64,000 nucleotides of DNA from Candidatus Latescibacterota bacterium (GTDB lineage: Bacteria; Latescibacterota; UBA2968; UBA8231). Below are positions 35,783-45,680 of this stretch, in pieces. The DNA is taken from positions 192,001 to 256,000 of the forward strand of contig CBDCXV010000009.1 of NCBI GenBank assembly GCA_965223905.1, given 5' to 3'. The stretch's first letter is position 1; each line of letters starts with the position of its first letter. The position numbers and the translations under genes are program-made. The notes beneath the pieces are model-generated. The model was given only the letters and a program-made list of their open reading frames with translations, did not search any database and had not been told where the DNA came from.

Positions 35783-36995
35783 CCGGCCTGTCACCGAAGA
35801 GCCGTAGTTGCTGCGCGGGAGCGCGATCGATGCTTTCCAGATCGGGAACAAGCTGACCTTGACTGAGCAGTTCCCCGGCAGTGTAGAGGCGATCCCGCAA
35901 GGCTCCCCCTCCGATATCGTCGAGCGGACCGATTTTGGTCTCCCCGTTCACACTCGTGACGGCCAGAATGAATTCGGGGCCGATCGCCTTGTCGTCGAGG
36001 AGCTCCGGGCTGTGGCTGGTCACTGCTACCTGCGTACTGCTCGATGCCATCCTGAGTCCGTCGCGTAGAACGCTTGCCGCACCAGGGTGCACCGCGGCTT
36101 CAGGCTCTTCGAGCCCCACGAAGGGGACGCGAGACTTACCATGCGCAGAGGACTGGAAGAGGGCCGTCAGCACCCCCAGAGCCCGGAGGGTGCCGTCGGA
36201 CATGCTCTCGGCTGGAAAGCGCCAGCCAGCCTTGTTGCTCCCGACCTGCTGTCGAAATTCCAGGGTTTCCTTTTTGCCGACGCTTTTGGGGGTTACGTCG
36301 AAGACACCGTCGACGACTTTTTCGAGGAACTCCTTGACCTGCTCCCGCCCATCGCGGCTTTCTCGGGCCATGAGGCGCAGAACGCTGGCAAGGTTGCTTC
36401 CGTCCCGGCGCAATACCTCACCCGTGTCAGGTTGTTGAAGGTCCCGGATCGCCTCGGGATTCAGGTTGTAGAAGCCCATGTGTGAAAGGGAATCGTAGAG
36501 GGGCCAAAACGCGGGGAGTCCTGCGGCATTGACCAGGTAAAGGCGGTCCTTGCTCGCTGGCGGCATCGTGGAACCATCGGCCTCGACAACTGAACCCGAC
36601 TCAACCCGATAGCTGTTGGAAAAACCAGGACCGGGAGGGTGAATGCGGCACTCCTCTTCCTGGACCTCGAACGCACCTTCCTTGCGAGCTCCTACTCGAA
36701 ATGCAAAGAAGCCCGTGTTTCCCTGGGGTAACCGGAACTCCATTCGGATTCCGAAATGCGTAGGGTGGCCCGAAGAGCGACGGCGCACCTCGTTGATACC
36801 GCCTCGGTCGCGAAGGGCGTGGTCGAGGGAGGCGGTCAGGGATTCCGAGACGAGCCGGAGGGCGTCGAGGAAGTTGCTCTTTCCCGCTCCGTTCGGCCCG
36901 ACCAGGAAGGTCAATGGACCGAGGCGCACCTGGCAGGCGGCGATACTCTTGTAGTTGCGCAGGACAACGCGGCTGATGTAAACGGAATCAGGCAT
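35772..36995 (-). CDS. AAA_21/AAA_15-type ABC ATPase
   Basis: ISRVVLRNYKSI; GPNGAGKSNFLDAL; MSDGTLR; GLEEPEAAVHP; VTSHSPELLD. Confidence 0.9.
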   Translation of the reverse strand: MPDSVYISRVVLRNYKSIAACQVRLGPLTFLVGPNGAGKSNFLDALRLVSESLTASLDHALRDRGGINEVRRRSSGHPTHFGIRMEFRLPQGNTGFFAFRVGARKEGAFEVQEEECRIHPPGPGFSNSYRVESGSVVEADGSTMPPASKDRLYLVNAAGLPAFWPLYDSLSHMGFYNLNPEAIRDLQQPDTGEVLRRDGSNLASVLRLMARESRDGREQVKEFLEKVVDGVFDVTPKSVGKKETLEFRQQVGSNKAGWRFPAESMSDGTLRALGVLTALFQSSAHGKSRVPFVGLEEPEAAVHPGAASVLRDGLRMASSSTQVAVTSHSPELLDDKAIGPEFILAVTSVNGETKIGPLDDIGGGALRDRLYTAGELLSQGQLVPDLESIDRAPAQQLRLFGDRPDAR

Positions 36996-37249
36996 CGTCG
37001 CCCCGCATGACCTTGTAGTACCGCTGGTCGAAGGCCAAGCTGCCGGGTGTCGGCCAGAATGGAAAATGTGGGGATCGCCCGAGATCATTCGGGGGTCCTC
37101 ATCTTCGGAAGGGGTATCGGCGTACTCCCGTCCCCGTCAAATTATAGGATGCGACCCAGTCCCCAACGGACGCAACCGACACGGCAAAACGGTGGAATGA
37201 GCAGCTGAGCAGCTGTTTTTTGCTGTTCACGTGGGGAACCGCCGCCCCC

Positions 37250-38245
37250 CTACCCCCGGATCACCACCTCCCTGCCACTGCGGGACGACTCCATGCAGGC
37301 CGTCATCACCGCCACCAGGTGGCGGGCGTAGTCGGCGGTAACCGGGGGCTCGGTTCCCGCATCGACCGCGGCGACGAACTCCTCGAGCTGCCGCGTCGTC
37401 ATGTCGTGGGTCCCGGGTACCTCGACCTTCTCCCAGCCCCCGCTCCCGTCCCTGCCGAGGTAGAGGTCGTCGTTGTTCGACTCGATTCCGTTGCGCAGCT
37501 GAATCATCCCCCCGGTGCACACGAACTCGGTGCTGAAGCGCCGTCCGCCGGTCTTCCACCACACGTGGATCAGCGTCGAGTACACGCCGTTCACGTACTG
37601 CAGCAGGGCCATGGCCACGTCGTCCGCGGAGAACTCGAAGAAGCGGCTGTCGACCAGCGCCTTGACCGAGACGACGCGGCTGCCCGTCCACCAGCAGGAG
37701 CGGTCGATCAGGTGGATGCCGTTCTGGTACCACAGTCCGCCGTGGGTCGCCTTGTCGAGGTACCAGGGCTGCCTGTTCGGGACGAACGGCCGGTAGCCCT
37801 CGTCGCAGAGACAGACGAGGTCGCCGAGGGCGCGCTCCTTCAGGAGTTCCTTCACGGCCATGTTCGCCGGATGGAAGCGGTGCATATGGCCGACGGAGAG
37901 CTGTTTCCCGGCCCTTTGCGCGGCGGAGATCATGGCGTCGCACTGCTCGACGCTGACCGCCATCGGCTTTTCGACGAGGACGTCCTTGCCGGCCTCCAAG
38001 GCGGCGACCGCGGCTTGGCAATGCAGGCCGTGCGGCAGGCAGACGATGGCGATGTCGACGTCGCCGCGGGCGAGCAGGTCTCCGTAGTCGGCATACCCCC
38101 GGCAACCGTGCGCATTGCAGGCCCCCGCCAGGCGTCCCGCGTCGGTGTCGGCGGCCGCCACCAACCGCGTCGATTCGAGCTCCGTCGCCGCCCGCATGTG
38201 GGCCTGGGCTATGCTGCCCGCCCCGATGATCCCGATTCCGTGCAT
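37250..38245 (-). CDS. Gfo/Idh/MocA family oxidoreductase
   Basis: GGAGG RBS; GIGIIGAGSIA; GKDVLVEKPMA; NGIHLID. Confidence 0.92.
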   Translation of the reverse strand: MHGIGIIGAGSIAQAHMRAATELESTRLVAAADTDAGRLAGACNAHGCRGYADYGDLLARGDVDIAIVCLPHGLHCQAAVAALEAGKDVLVEKPMAVSVEQCDAMISAAQRAGKQLSVGHMHRFHPANMAVKELLKERALGDLVCLCDEGYRPFVPNRQPWYLDKATHGGLWYQNGIHLIDRSCWWTGSRVVSVKALVDSRFFEFSADDVAMALLQYVNGVYSTLIHVWWKTGGRRFSTEFVCTGGMIQLRNGIESNNDDLYLGRDGSGGWEKVEVPGTHDMTTRQLEEFVAAVDAGTEPPVTADYARHLVAVMTACMESSRSGREVVIRG

Positions 38246-38571
38246 TCCGATCCTCCCGTTGGAGTTGTCACCGGCCGGTTGCCAACGTAACCCCGCACGC
38301 TTCCGCCCTTCAAGCGTTCGGGCCGGGGCAAGTTCCTTTCCAGCTGCACCGTTCGGGTTGCCGGCCCTCGAGGGCGGTTGCCCCGCCCAGGCGGCAAGGC
38401 GACTTTCCCGGGCGCTCTTCAGGGACAACGTCGATGCCGGTGCATCCCGGCGCGACGGAACCTGCGGTGCGTCCGGTTCGGGGGCCGCCTCCCTGAATCC
38501 GGCCTGCGCCAACCTAATCCCCGCGCCGGGAGCGCGGCGACCTCGTTCACCCCCATGCAGGCAGGTCGAAC

Positions 38572-39402
38572 ATGAGCCAACCAACTTCGCAATCCCCACT
38601 CGGCGGCCAGGTCGCCGTCGTCACCGGTGCCGCCCAGGGCCTCGGCCTGGCAACCAGTCAACGCCTCGCCGCCGAAGGGGCTCACGTGATCCTCGCCGAC
38701 CTGCAGCTCGACAGGGCGGAAACCGAAGCGGCGCAGCTGCGCTCCTGCGGCCTCGCCGCCAGCGGCGCCGAGCTCGACGTCGGCGACAGCGCCGCGGTCG
38801 ACGCCTTCTTCTCCGAGGTGCGCTCGCGGCACGGCCGCGTCGACATCCTCGCCAACAGCGCCGGCGTCGGGCAGGACGTCTGCCCGGTCAGCGAGCTCGG
38901 CGACGAAGAGTGGGACCGCGTCCTCCGGGTCACCCTGACCGGCACCTTCCACTGCTGCCGCGCCGCCGCCCGCATCATGGAGGAGCAGGAGTCGGGCAGC
39001 ATCGTCAACTTCGCCTCGATCAACGGCCAGAACCCGGCCGCCCTGGTCAGCGCCTACAACGTCGCCAAGGCGGGGGTCATCAGCCTCACCCGGACCCTGG
39101 CGGTCGAGCTGGCCGCCTACGGGGTGCGCGTCAACGCGGTCGCTCCCGGGCCGGTGTACACCGCCTTCAACGAGCGCAACATGGCGATGCGCAGCGGCAG
39201 CCTGGGAATCTCCGAGGAGGAGATGATCGAGCGGGTGCGCCAGGCGATCCCGCTGGGGCGCTGGGGAGAGCCGGAGGACATCGCCCAGGCGGTGGCCTAC
39301 CTCTGCAGCCCCGACGCCGGCTGGATGACGGGTGAGGTCCTGCGCGTCAGCGGCGGTCTCGAAGGGGTGTCGGCGGCGCCCCCGAAAAGGGAGAAGGGGT
39401 GA
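38572..39402 (+). CDS. Short-chain dehydrogenase/reductase (SDR)
   Basis: VVTGAAQGLG; ANSAG; YNVAK; VRVNAVAPG; MTGEVLRVSGG. Confidence 0.95.
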   Translation: MSQPTSQSPLGGQVAVVTGAAQGLGLATSQRLAAEGAHVILADLQLDRAETEAAQLRSCGLAASGAELDVGDSAAVDAFFSEVRSRHGRVDILANSAGVGQDVCPVSELGDEEWDRVLRVTLTGTFHCCRAAARIMEEQESGSIVNFASINGQNPAALVSAYNVAKAGVISLTRTLAVELAAYGVRVNAVAPGPVYTAFNERNMAMRSGSLGISEEEMIERVRQAIPLGRWGEPEDIAQAVAYLCSPDAGWMTGEVLRVSGGLEGVSAAPPKREKG

Positions 39403-39649
39403 GTGCCGAACCGTCCGGAGCCGGGGAATCTTCCGGATCGCGGGAACCGGCGCCGAGGTTCCATTCGCGGAGCCATCTCCGGTGTTCCGGGGGGAGAAAC
39501 CTGTCTCGCGGGGCTGCCTGGGCTCGCCGTGCATCCCCCGGGGAGCTGCGGCGACGCCATGACCCGGCAGCTCCGCAGCTGCGGGCCCGGGTGTCGCGAG
39601 AGCACCCGACGGGCCCTGAATGTCACAGGGTGAACCTGCTCGCAGGCCC

Positions 39650-42055
39650 GTGAACGAACCTCCGCCGGCTTCCGCCCGCGGTTTTCTCCTGCACGTCTTT
39701 CACCGCACCCAGGGGCCGGCCACCGTCATCTTCGGAGTGGGCCGGCTCGAGTCCGGCGAGACCTTCGCCTTCGCCGACCACCGCGATCCGCCCGCCTTCT
39801 TCGTGCGCGCCGGGGATGCCGCGGCTGCCCGCGTCTGCGCCGGCAGCGACGATGCGGTCGAGCCCTGCGACTGGACGACGATGGACGGCGAGCCGGTGGT
39901 GCGCGTGCGCAGCCGCCGTCTCAACGGCCTGCGTCAGGTCGCCCGGCGTCTTCGCCGGGAGGAAGTCCGCACCTACGAGGCCGACGTAGGCCTGGGGCGC
40001 CGCTACCTCGCCGACCGCGGCATCGCCGGCCCGGTGGAGATCTCGGGGCCGTGGCGGCCCGGCACCGGGGTCGACCGCGTGTACGTAGACCCGGAGCTGC
40101 GGCCGGGGGACTGGGTGCCGGAGCTCTCCGTGCTCGCCCTCGACATCGAGACCACCCCGGACGCCTCCGAAGTCCTGGCCGCCTCGCTGGTCGGCAGCGG
40201 AACGGCCGGCGGCGTGGAAGAGGTCCATATCGCCGGCGCCCCGGCCGCGGGAGATCCCGGCTACCTTCGCTGCCACCACGGGGAGCGCGCCCTGCTGACT
40301 GCACTGGGCGACCGCATCCGCGAGCTCGACCCGGACGTGCTGACCGGGTGGAACCTCGTCGATTTCGACCTCACGGTGCTGCAGCGGCGCTTCCGCGCCC
40401 TGGCGCTCCCGTTCAACCTCGGGCGCAGCAGCGACTCCTCGTGGTACCAGGAGGGGGAGATCTGGGGCGGCAGCCGCATGGTCGTCCACGGCCGCCAGGT
40501 CCTCGACGCCCTGCACCTGGTGCGGGGGACGCTGCAGCGCTTCGACGACTACCGCCTCGAAACCGTGGCGCGCCAGGTCCTGGGGCGGGGCAAGCGGTTC
40601 GCGGGGGGCAGCGACGCCGGCGAGAGCATGCCGGAGGTCATCCTGCGGGCGTACCGCGAGGACCGGACCGCTTTCTGCGACTACTGCCTCGAGGACTCGC
40701 GGCTCGTGCGCGACATCCTCGAAGCGGAGGGGCTTATCGAGCTCACCCTGCGGCGCAGCGTCCTGACCGGGCTGCCGCTGGAGCGGGCCTGGGGCTCGGT
40801 GGCGGCGTTCGACTTCCTCTACATCAGCGAGCTGCACAGGCGCGGCAAGGTCGCCCCGACCAACGGCGTCGACCGCGCCGGTCTCGGGGGGGCTCCCGGC
40901 GGCCTGGTGATGCCGGCCTCCGCCGGCCTCTACCGCAACGTCTTCGTCTTCGATTTCAAGAGCCTGTACCCGACGATCATCCGCACCTTCAACATCGATC
41001 CGCTAGCCCACGTCGAGGCGCGCATCCGCGAAGGGGTCGCGGACGACGAGGTCATCACCGCTCCCAACGGGGCGCGCTTCGCGCGCGAGACGGGAATACT
41101 GCCGCGGTTGCTCGAGCGCTTCTTCGAGAGCCGCGACCGCGCCAAGGCCGCCGGAGACGAGCTGGCGTCGTTCGCCTACAAGATGGTGATGAACTCCTTC
41201 TACGGAGTGCTGGCGACCGAGTCCTGCCGGTTCGCCGAAGGGCAGCTCGCCGGCGCCATCACCGGGTTCGGGCATTACTTCCTGCGCTGGACCCGGGACC
41301 TGCTGCAGGAGAACGGCTGCCGCGTCCTCTACGGCGACACCGACTCCGTCTTCGTCGACGCGGGCCTACCGGAAGACATCGACCCTGCCGAGGGGATCGC
41401 GCGCGGCCGCGAGCTGTGCGCCTGGATCAACGGCCGTCTATCCGAGCATATCGAGGCGAAGCACGGGGTGCGGTCGGTCCTCGACCTGGAGTTCGAGAAG
41501 CTCTACCTGCGCTTCTTCCTGCCGCCGGTCCGCGACGGCGGCGACCGCGGCCGCGCCAAGGGGTACGCCGGGCTGCGGGCCGGGACCTCGGGGGCCGAAG
41601 AGGTCGAGATCGTCGGCATGGAAGCGGTGCGCCGCGACTGGACCGACCTGGCGCGCAACCTGCAGCGCCGGCTGCTGGCGCTGCTGTTCGGCGACGCCCC
41701 GGGGGAGCAGATCGAGGCGGAGGTAGGGGAGTGGATACGCTCCGCCCGGGCCGGGGAGCGGGACGGCGAGCTCGTCTACCCCAAGGCGCTGCGCAAACCG
41801 GTCGAGAGGTATACCAGCACGAGCCCGCCGCACGTGACCGCGGCCCGCATGCTGCCGAACCCTTCCGGGCTGATCGAGTACGTGATGACCGGTGACGGGC
41901 CGCAGCCGCTGGGGCGGGTCAGGGCGCCGCTGGACTACGAGCATTACGTCGAGAAGCAGATCGCCCCGATCGCGCGCACCATCGGACAGGTGTGCGACCT
42001 CGACGTCGAGGCCGCGGTCACCGGCACGCCGGACCTGTTCCGGTCGCTGAGGTAG
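39650..42055 (+). CDS. polB: DNA polymerase II (family B); start uncertain (39620 or 39650)
   Basis: ExoI LDIET; ExoII GWNLVDFD; ExoIII YCLED; motif A FDFKSLYPTII; motif B KMVMNSFYG; motif C YGDTDS. Confidence 0.93.
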   Translation: MNEPPPASARGFLLHVFHRTQGPATVIFGVGRLESGETFAFADHRDPPAFFVRAGDAAAARVCAGSDDAVEPCDWTTMDGEPVVRVRSRRLNGLRQVARRLRREEVRTYEADVGLGRRYLADRGIAGPVEISGPWRPGTGVDRVYVDPELRPGDWVPELSVLALDIETTPDASEVLAASLVGSGTAGGVEEVHIAGAPAAGDPGYLRCHHGERALLTALGDRIRELDPDVLTGWNLVDFDLTVLQRRFRALALPFNLGRSSDSSWYQEGEIWGGSRMVVHGRQVLDALHLVRGTLQRFDDYRLETVARQVLGRGKRFAGGSDAGESMPEVILRAYREDRTAFCDYCLEDSRLVRDILEAEGLIELTLRRSVLTGLPLERAWGSVAAFDFLYISELHRRGKVAPTNGVDRAGLGGAPGGLVMPASAGLYRNVFVFDFKSLYPTIIRTFNIDPLAHVEARIREGVADDEVITAPNGARFARETGILPRLLERFFESRDRAKAAGDELASFAYKMVMNSFYGVLATESCRFAEGQLAGAITGFGHYFLRWTRDLLQENGCRVLYGDTDSVFVDAGLPEDIDPAEGIARGRELCAWINGRLSEHIEAKHGVRSVLDLEFEKLYLRFFLPPVRDGGDRGRAKGYAGLRAGTSGAEEVEIVGMEAVRRDWTDLARNLQRRLLALLFGDAPGEQIEAEVGEWIRSARAGERDGELVYPKALRKPVERYTSTSPPHVTAARMLPNPSGLIEYVMTGDGPQPLGRVRAPLDYEHYVEKQIAPIARTIGQVCDLDVEAAVTGTPDLFRSLR

Positions 42056-42067
42056 CGGTTCCTGCCG

Positions 42068-42649
42068 CTAGGCGATCATCGTCTCGGCGAGGGCGAAGCA
42101 GACCGAGGAGTGCGGCCGGCCGAGGTTTTTCGTCCAGCCTTCGCGCAGATACGGCTCTCCGGGAATTTGCCTGCCGTCGAGCTCGACGCTCCCGGCCGAA
42201 GCGAAAACGAGGATTGTGAAGACGATCTTCGGATGCAGGGTGGGCGGGCCGACGTAAGGGGCGGCGAGCCCGCTCCAGACGGCGCGGATCTCCCGGTCTC
42301 CGGCGGAGATCCTCCAGGCGGGCCGGCCGCGGGCGTCTCCTTCCTAGCGGAACTCCGCGGCGACCACCGGCAAATCGGCGAAGGGGCCTTCGATGCGGTA
42401 CATCGTCGTGCGGATGAACTGCTCGAAAGCGGGGGAGTCGGTGCAGGCGGCCTGGAACCCGGCTTCCCCCTCGATGCGGACGTAGGCCGCGGTTCCCGGG
42501 CCCGCGGGACTGAAGCGGCCGCGGTAGATGCTGACCATGGCGCTGTCCCGGCGGCTGCCGGGAAGGCGCAGGTAGTTGAGCCAGTGCTCGCCGCTGAACA
42601 GAAGCTCGTCCCGGCCGATCTCCGGGTTTCCCGGGGATGCGCCGCTCAT
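42068..42649 (-). pseudogene. Hypothetical protein interrupted by an in-frame TAG at 42344-42346
   Basis: MSGASPGNPEIG...AAEFR*EGDARGRPAWRISAG...SSVCFALAETMIA*; the same frame stays open for about 90 codons after the stop. Confidence 0.7.
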
Positions 42650-42660
42650 TGCGTCCCCGG

Positions 42661-43623
42661 TCAGAACTTCAGGACCACCTTGACCGCCTCTTCTTCCTCG
42701 GGGCGGAGGAAGGCGGTCTCGAACCCCTGCTGGATCTGCTCGAAGGGGAGCACGTGCGTCAGAATCGGGCTGACGTCGAGGCGCCCCTCGGTGATCCACT
42801 GGAGGGCGACGGTGTAGTCCATCTGTGGGTTGGGCCCCACCGAGGCGATGAGGCGAGTCTCGTTGACGAACCAGTTGCGGAACTCGAGCGGTATGATCCC
42901 CACGTGGTTGTCCTTGTCCGGGACCCCGAAGCTGACCAGGGTGCCGCCCCGCTTCAGCAGGCCGGCGGCGAGATTGAGGGTCTCGGCGGCCCCCACCGCT
43001 TCGACGGCGCAGTCCGCCATCTCTGCGCCGGTCAGCTCGGTGACCGCGGCGCGCACGTCCTCCGCCGCGGGGTCGATCACATGGGTCGCCCCCATCTTTC
43101 TGGCCACAGCCAGCCGGTGGCGGTTGGGGTCCACGGCGACGATGCGGCGGGCTCCGAGGTTGCGCAGGCAGGCGTTGAACAGCTGCCCCACCGGGCCCTG
43201 GCCGATGACGACGATGTCCTTGTTGATGAGATTGCCGAGCTTGTAGAAACAGTGGATGACGGTGCCGAGCAGCTGGCTCATCAGGATGACTTCCAGCCGG
43301 CCCTCGGCCGGCAGCCGCACCACCCCTTCATCCCGGGCGAGCACGTACTCCTGGAACAGGCCGCGGTCGAAATGGGAAAGCAGCACCCGCTCCCCCTCGG
43401 CGTAGCGCCCCGACGGGCAGGCCTCGACGATCCCCATGCCCTCGTGCCCGGTATCGCCCGGCTCCAGCGGGTAGGAGGGGTACCCGCCCCAGAAAGACGG
43501 CCTGTCGGTTCCGCAGATGGCGACCCGCTCCAGACGGACCAGCATGTTGCCGTTCGATACCTCGGGCTTGTCGACCTCGATCAGCTTCCAGGTGCGTGGT
43601 TGCACCAGTTGTGCCGCGCGCAA
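42661..43623 (-). CDS. Zinc-binding (MDR) alcohol dehydrogenase
   Basis: AICGTD; GHEGMG; VIGQGPVG; AVEAVG; no structural-Zn Cys cluster. Confidence 0.9.
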   Translation of the reverse strand: MRAAQLVQPRTWKLIEVDKPEVSNGNMLVRLERVAICGTDRPSFWGGYPSYPLEPGDTGHEGMGIVEACPSGRYAEGERVLLSHFDRGLFQEYVLARDEGVVRLPAEGRLEVILMSQLLGTVIHCFYKLGNLINKDIVVIGQGPVGQLFNACLRNLGARRIVAVDPNRHRLAVARKMGATHVIDPAAEDVRAAVTELTGAEMADCAVEAVGAAETLNLAAGLLKRGGTLVSFGVPDKDNHVGIIPLEFRNWFVNETRLIASVGPNPQMDYTVALQWITEGRLDVSPILTHVLPFEQIQQGFETAFLRPEEEEAVKVVLKF

Positions 43624-43689
43624 TGATGCTCTCCCATTCGACGGGTAGGTTACTGAAAAGACGAAATCTTGACTTCGGCTGCCGGTCTT

Positions 43690-43970
43690 CTACGCGGCCG
43701 GCCTTACTTGCCGGACTATTTCCCTGCCGCGTTCGCGTTTCAGAAGGGCGATGTCGTACTGGCTCTGAAGATCGAGCCAGAACGAGGGCTATTGCCGAAA
43801 TAGTGACCGAGTCGCAACGCCGTGTCGGCGGTTATCGAACGCCGGCCATTGATGATGTCCGTGATCCGCCCGGAAGGGACACCGAGGTTCAACGCGAGCC
43901 GGTTCGCGCTCAGATCGCGAGCCTTCAGCTCACGCAGCAGAAAACGGCCGGGATGTGCGATTGGTGACAT
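43690..43970 (-). pseudogene. higA: HigA antitoxin, frameshifted near 43784
   Basis: HPGRFLLREL...RLALNLGVPSGRITDIINGRRSITADTALRLGHYFGNSP, continuing in another frame as FWLDLQSQYDIALL. Confidence 0.85.
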
Positions 43971-43972
43971 GG

Positions 43973-44264
43973 CTATCCCCTGTGGTGGTAGTCGACGATC
44001 TCCACCTCGTGCGCGTCACCACTTCGAAACTCGAAGCAGATCCGCCAACGGTCGTTGACGGTCATGGCCCATTGTCCTTTGCGGTCACCCTTTACCTTGG
44101 GCAGACCCACACTTGCCAAGGGGCTGATGTCCCTGAGGGAGGAGGCGACGTTCAGGGCGTAGCAGCAGGTCGACAGCTGCATCGAAGTCAAGGCCCCGAA
44201 ATCGGTTCGGTCTCTCACCTTCCCATACTTTTCGCGTAGCGGAAGTACGCCATGACCGTATCAC
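43973..44264 (-). pseudogene. higB: HigB (RelE-like) toxin, frameshifted near 44160
   Basis: MIRSWRTSATRKVWEGE...DLLL, then in another frame ALNVASSLRDI...KGDRKGQWAMTVNDRWRICFEF...VEIVDYH. Confidence 0.85.
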
Positions 44265-44271
44265 GGCAAAA

Positions 44272-44299
44272 AACATACTACGCGTAACGGAAATTTCAA
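44272..44299 (-). promoter_or_regulatory. Putative higBA promoter with palindromic operator
   Basis: TTGAAA-N16-TATGTT ends 7 nt before the GTG start; TACGCGTA palindrome at 44279-44286 in the spacer. Confidence 0.5.
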
Positions 44300-44481
44300 T
44301 TGTTGATAGGACTTACCCCGCCGCCGTCCACAACTGCCCCGCTCCCATGGTCCGCCATACCGGTATCGGCGAGCCCGCCCGATTCTTGACGATTCCCCGT
44401 CCGGCGCTACATTCACCGCGGCGTCACCTCCGGCCGCTGCATCGCAATGCAGCACCATTCCCCCCACCCCTCGAGAACAGC

Positions 44482-45045
44482 ATGGTCACAATCTCGGAAA
44501 CCGCCCTGAAGAAGATCGTCGAGCTGATGGAGAAGAGCGAAAATCCGGTCAAGGGGCTGCGCATCGCCGCCAAGGCCGTGTCCCCCCTGAAGGTCGATTT
44601 CCGCATGGCCTTTCTCGGCGAGGAGTACGAGGGCGGCGACGAGGTGTTCGGCTTCGACGGCTTCGATCTCTACGTCGATGCCGAGAGCCTCCCGCACGTG
44701 CAGGAGGCGACGATAGATTACGTCGATGGCCTGATGGGCAGCGGCTTCAAGATCGACACGCCAACGAAAAAGCCCGAACTGTCCGGGGCCTTGGCCGACA
44801 AGGTCCAGACCGTGATCGAGCAGCAGATCAACCCCGCGGTGGCCTCGCACGGGGGCTTCGTCTCCCTGGTCGACGTCAAGGACAAGGTCGTCTACCTCGA
44901 GATGGGAGGCGGCTGCCAGGGCTGCGGCATGGCCAACGTCACCCTGCGGCAGGGGATCGATGTGATGATCAGGAAAGCGGTTCCCGAGGTGGAGGAGATC
45001 CGCGACGTCACCGAGCACGCCGGCGGCGAGAACCCCTATTATTGA
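44482..45045 (+). CDS. nfuA: Fe-S cluster biogenesis protein NfuA
   Basis: Degenerate A-type N-terminal domain plus NifU-C domain INPAVASHGG...MGGGCQGCG...DVTEHAGGENPYY. Confidence 0.92.
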   Translation: MVTISETALKKIVELMEKSENPVKGLRIAAKAVSPLKVDFRMAFLGEEYEGGDEVFGFDGFDLYVDAESLPHVQEATIDYVDGLMGSGFKIDTPTKKPELSGALADKVQTVIEQQINPAVASHGGFVSLVDVKDKVVYLEMGGGCQGCGMANVTLRQGIDVMIRKAVPEVEEIRDVTEHAGGENPYY

Positions 45046-45197
45046 TCCTGTCCAGTGCTCCCCGACTCGAGCCCGCTTGCGCCGGGAAGCACTCCTCGCG
45101 GCGTGATCCTGCGACTCTGAAATCATTTCAGGCAGTCCTCCTTTACCGAACCCCGGTAGCGAGCGGAGGCCGGCCTCCAACCCGAAGGAGATGCCTC

Positions 45198-45569
45198 ATG
45201 CGACAAGCAGTGCTGTTGGCGCTCGCGGTACTGGCGGTGGGATGCGGTGTAAGCGATCAGGACAAGAAGGCCCTCGCCCGCGAGGTTCGCGACCTGATCC
45301 GCAGCATCGATGCGGAGACGCGGGGATTCGGCTCGGAACAGCAAGTGGTAGAGGGATTCCTCGAGCGGCGCCAAAAGGAGTTCGACGAACTGAAGGCTTC
45401 CCTGGAGAAAACCCTGGGGGGCGACAAGGCGGAGAACTTCGACCGCTTCTATCTGCAGGGGCTGCTCGACGAGCTCGAGAAAAAGGGGGACGACCTCGGC
45501 TTCGAGCAGGCCAAGCGCCAGACGCTCAAACGCCTCGAGCAGCTCAAGAGCCGCATCGAGAAGCTGTGA
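45198..45569 (+). CDS. Hypothetical lipoprotein
   Basis: AAGGAG RBS; MRQAVLLALAVLAVGC lipobox; charged helical mature part. Confidence 0.75.
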   Translation: MRQAVLLALAVLAVGCGVSDQDKKALAREVRDLIRSIDAETRGFGSEQQVVEGFLERRQKEFDELKASLEKTLGGDKAENFDRFYLQGLLDELEKKGDDLGFEQAKRQTLKRLEQLKSRIEKL

Positions 45570-45680
45570 GGCACCGGCTGCCGGGGTCTTGCGAATTGGC
45601 CCCGGCGCGATAGTGCCGCCGGTTCGCCGCGGCCAGTCCTTGTTGGATCCACCTCCCGTTCAGATCGACCTCCACGCGAC

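Noticed and set aside
39650-42055. PolB as a marker of a pipolin, casposon or prophage
   Set aside because: Motifs fit cellular Pol II, and no integrase, Cas1, terminal repeats or phage genes lie nearby
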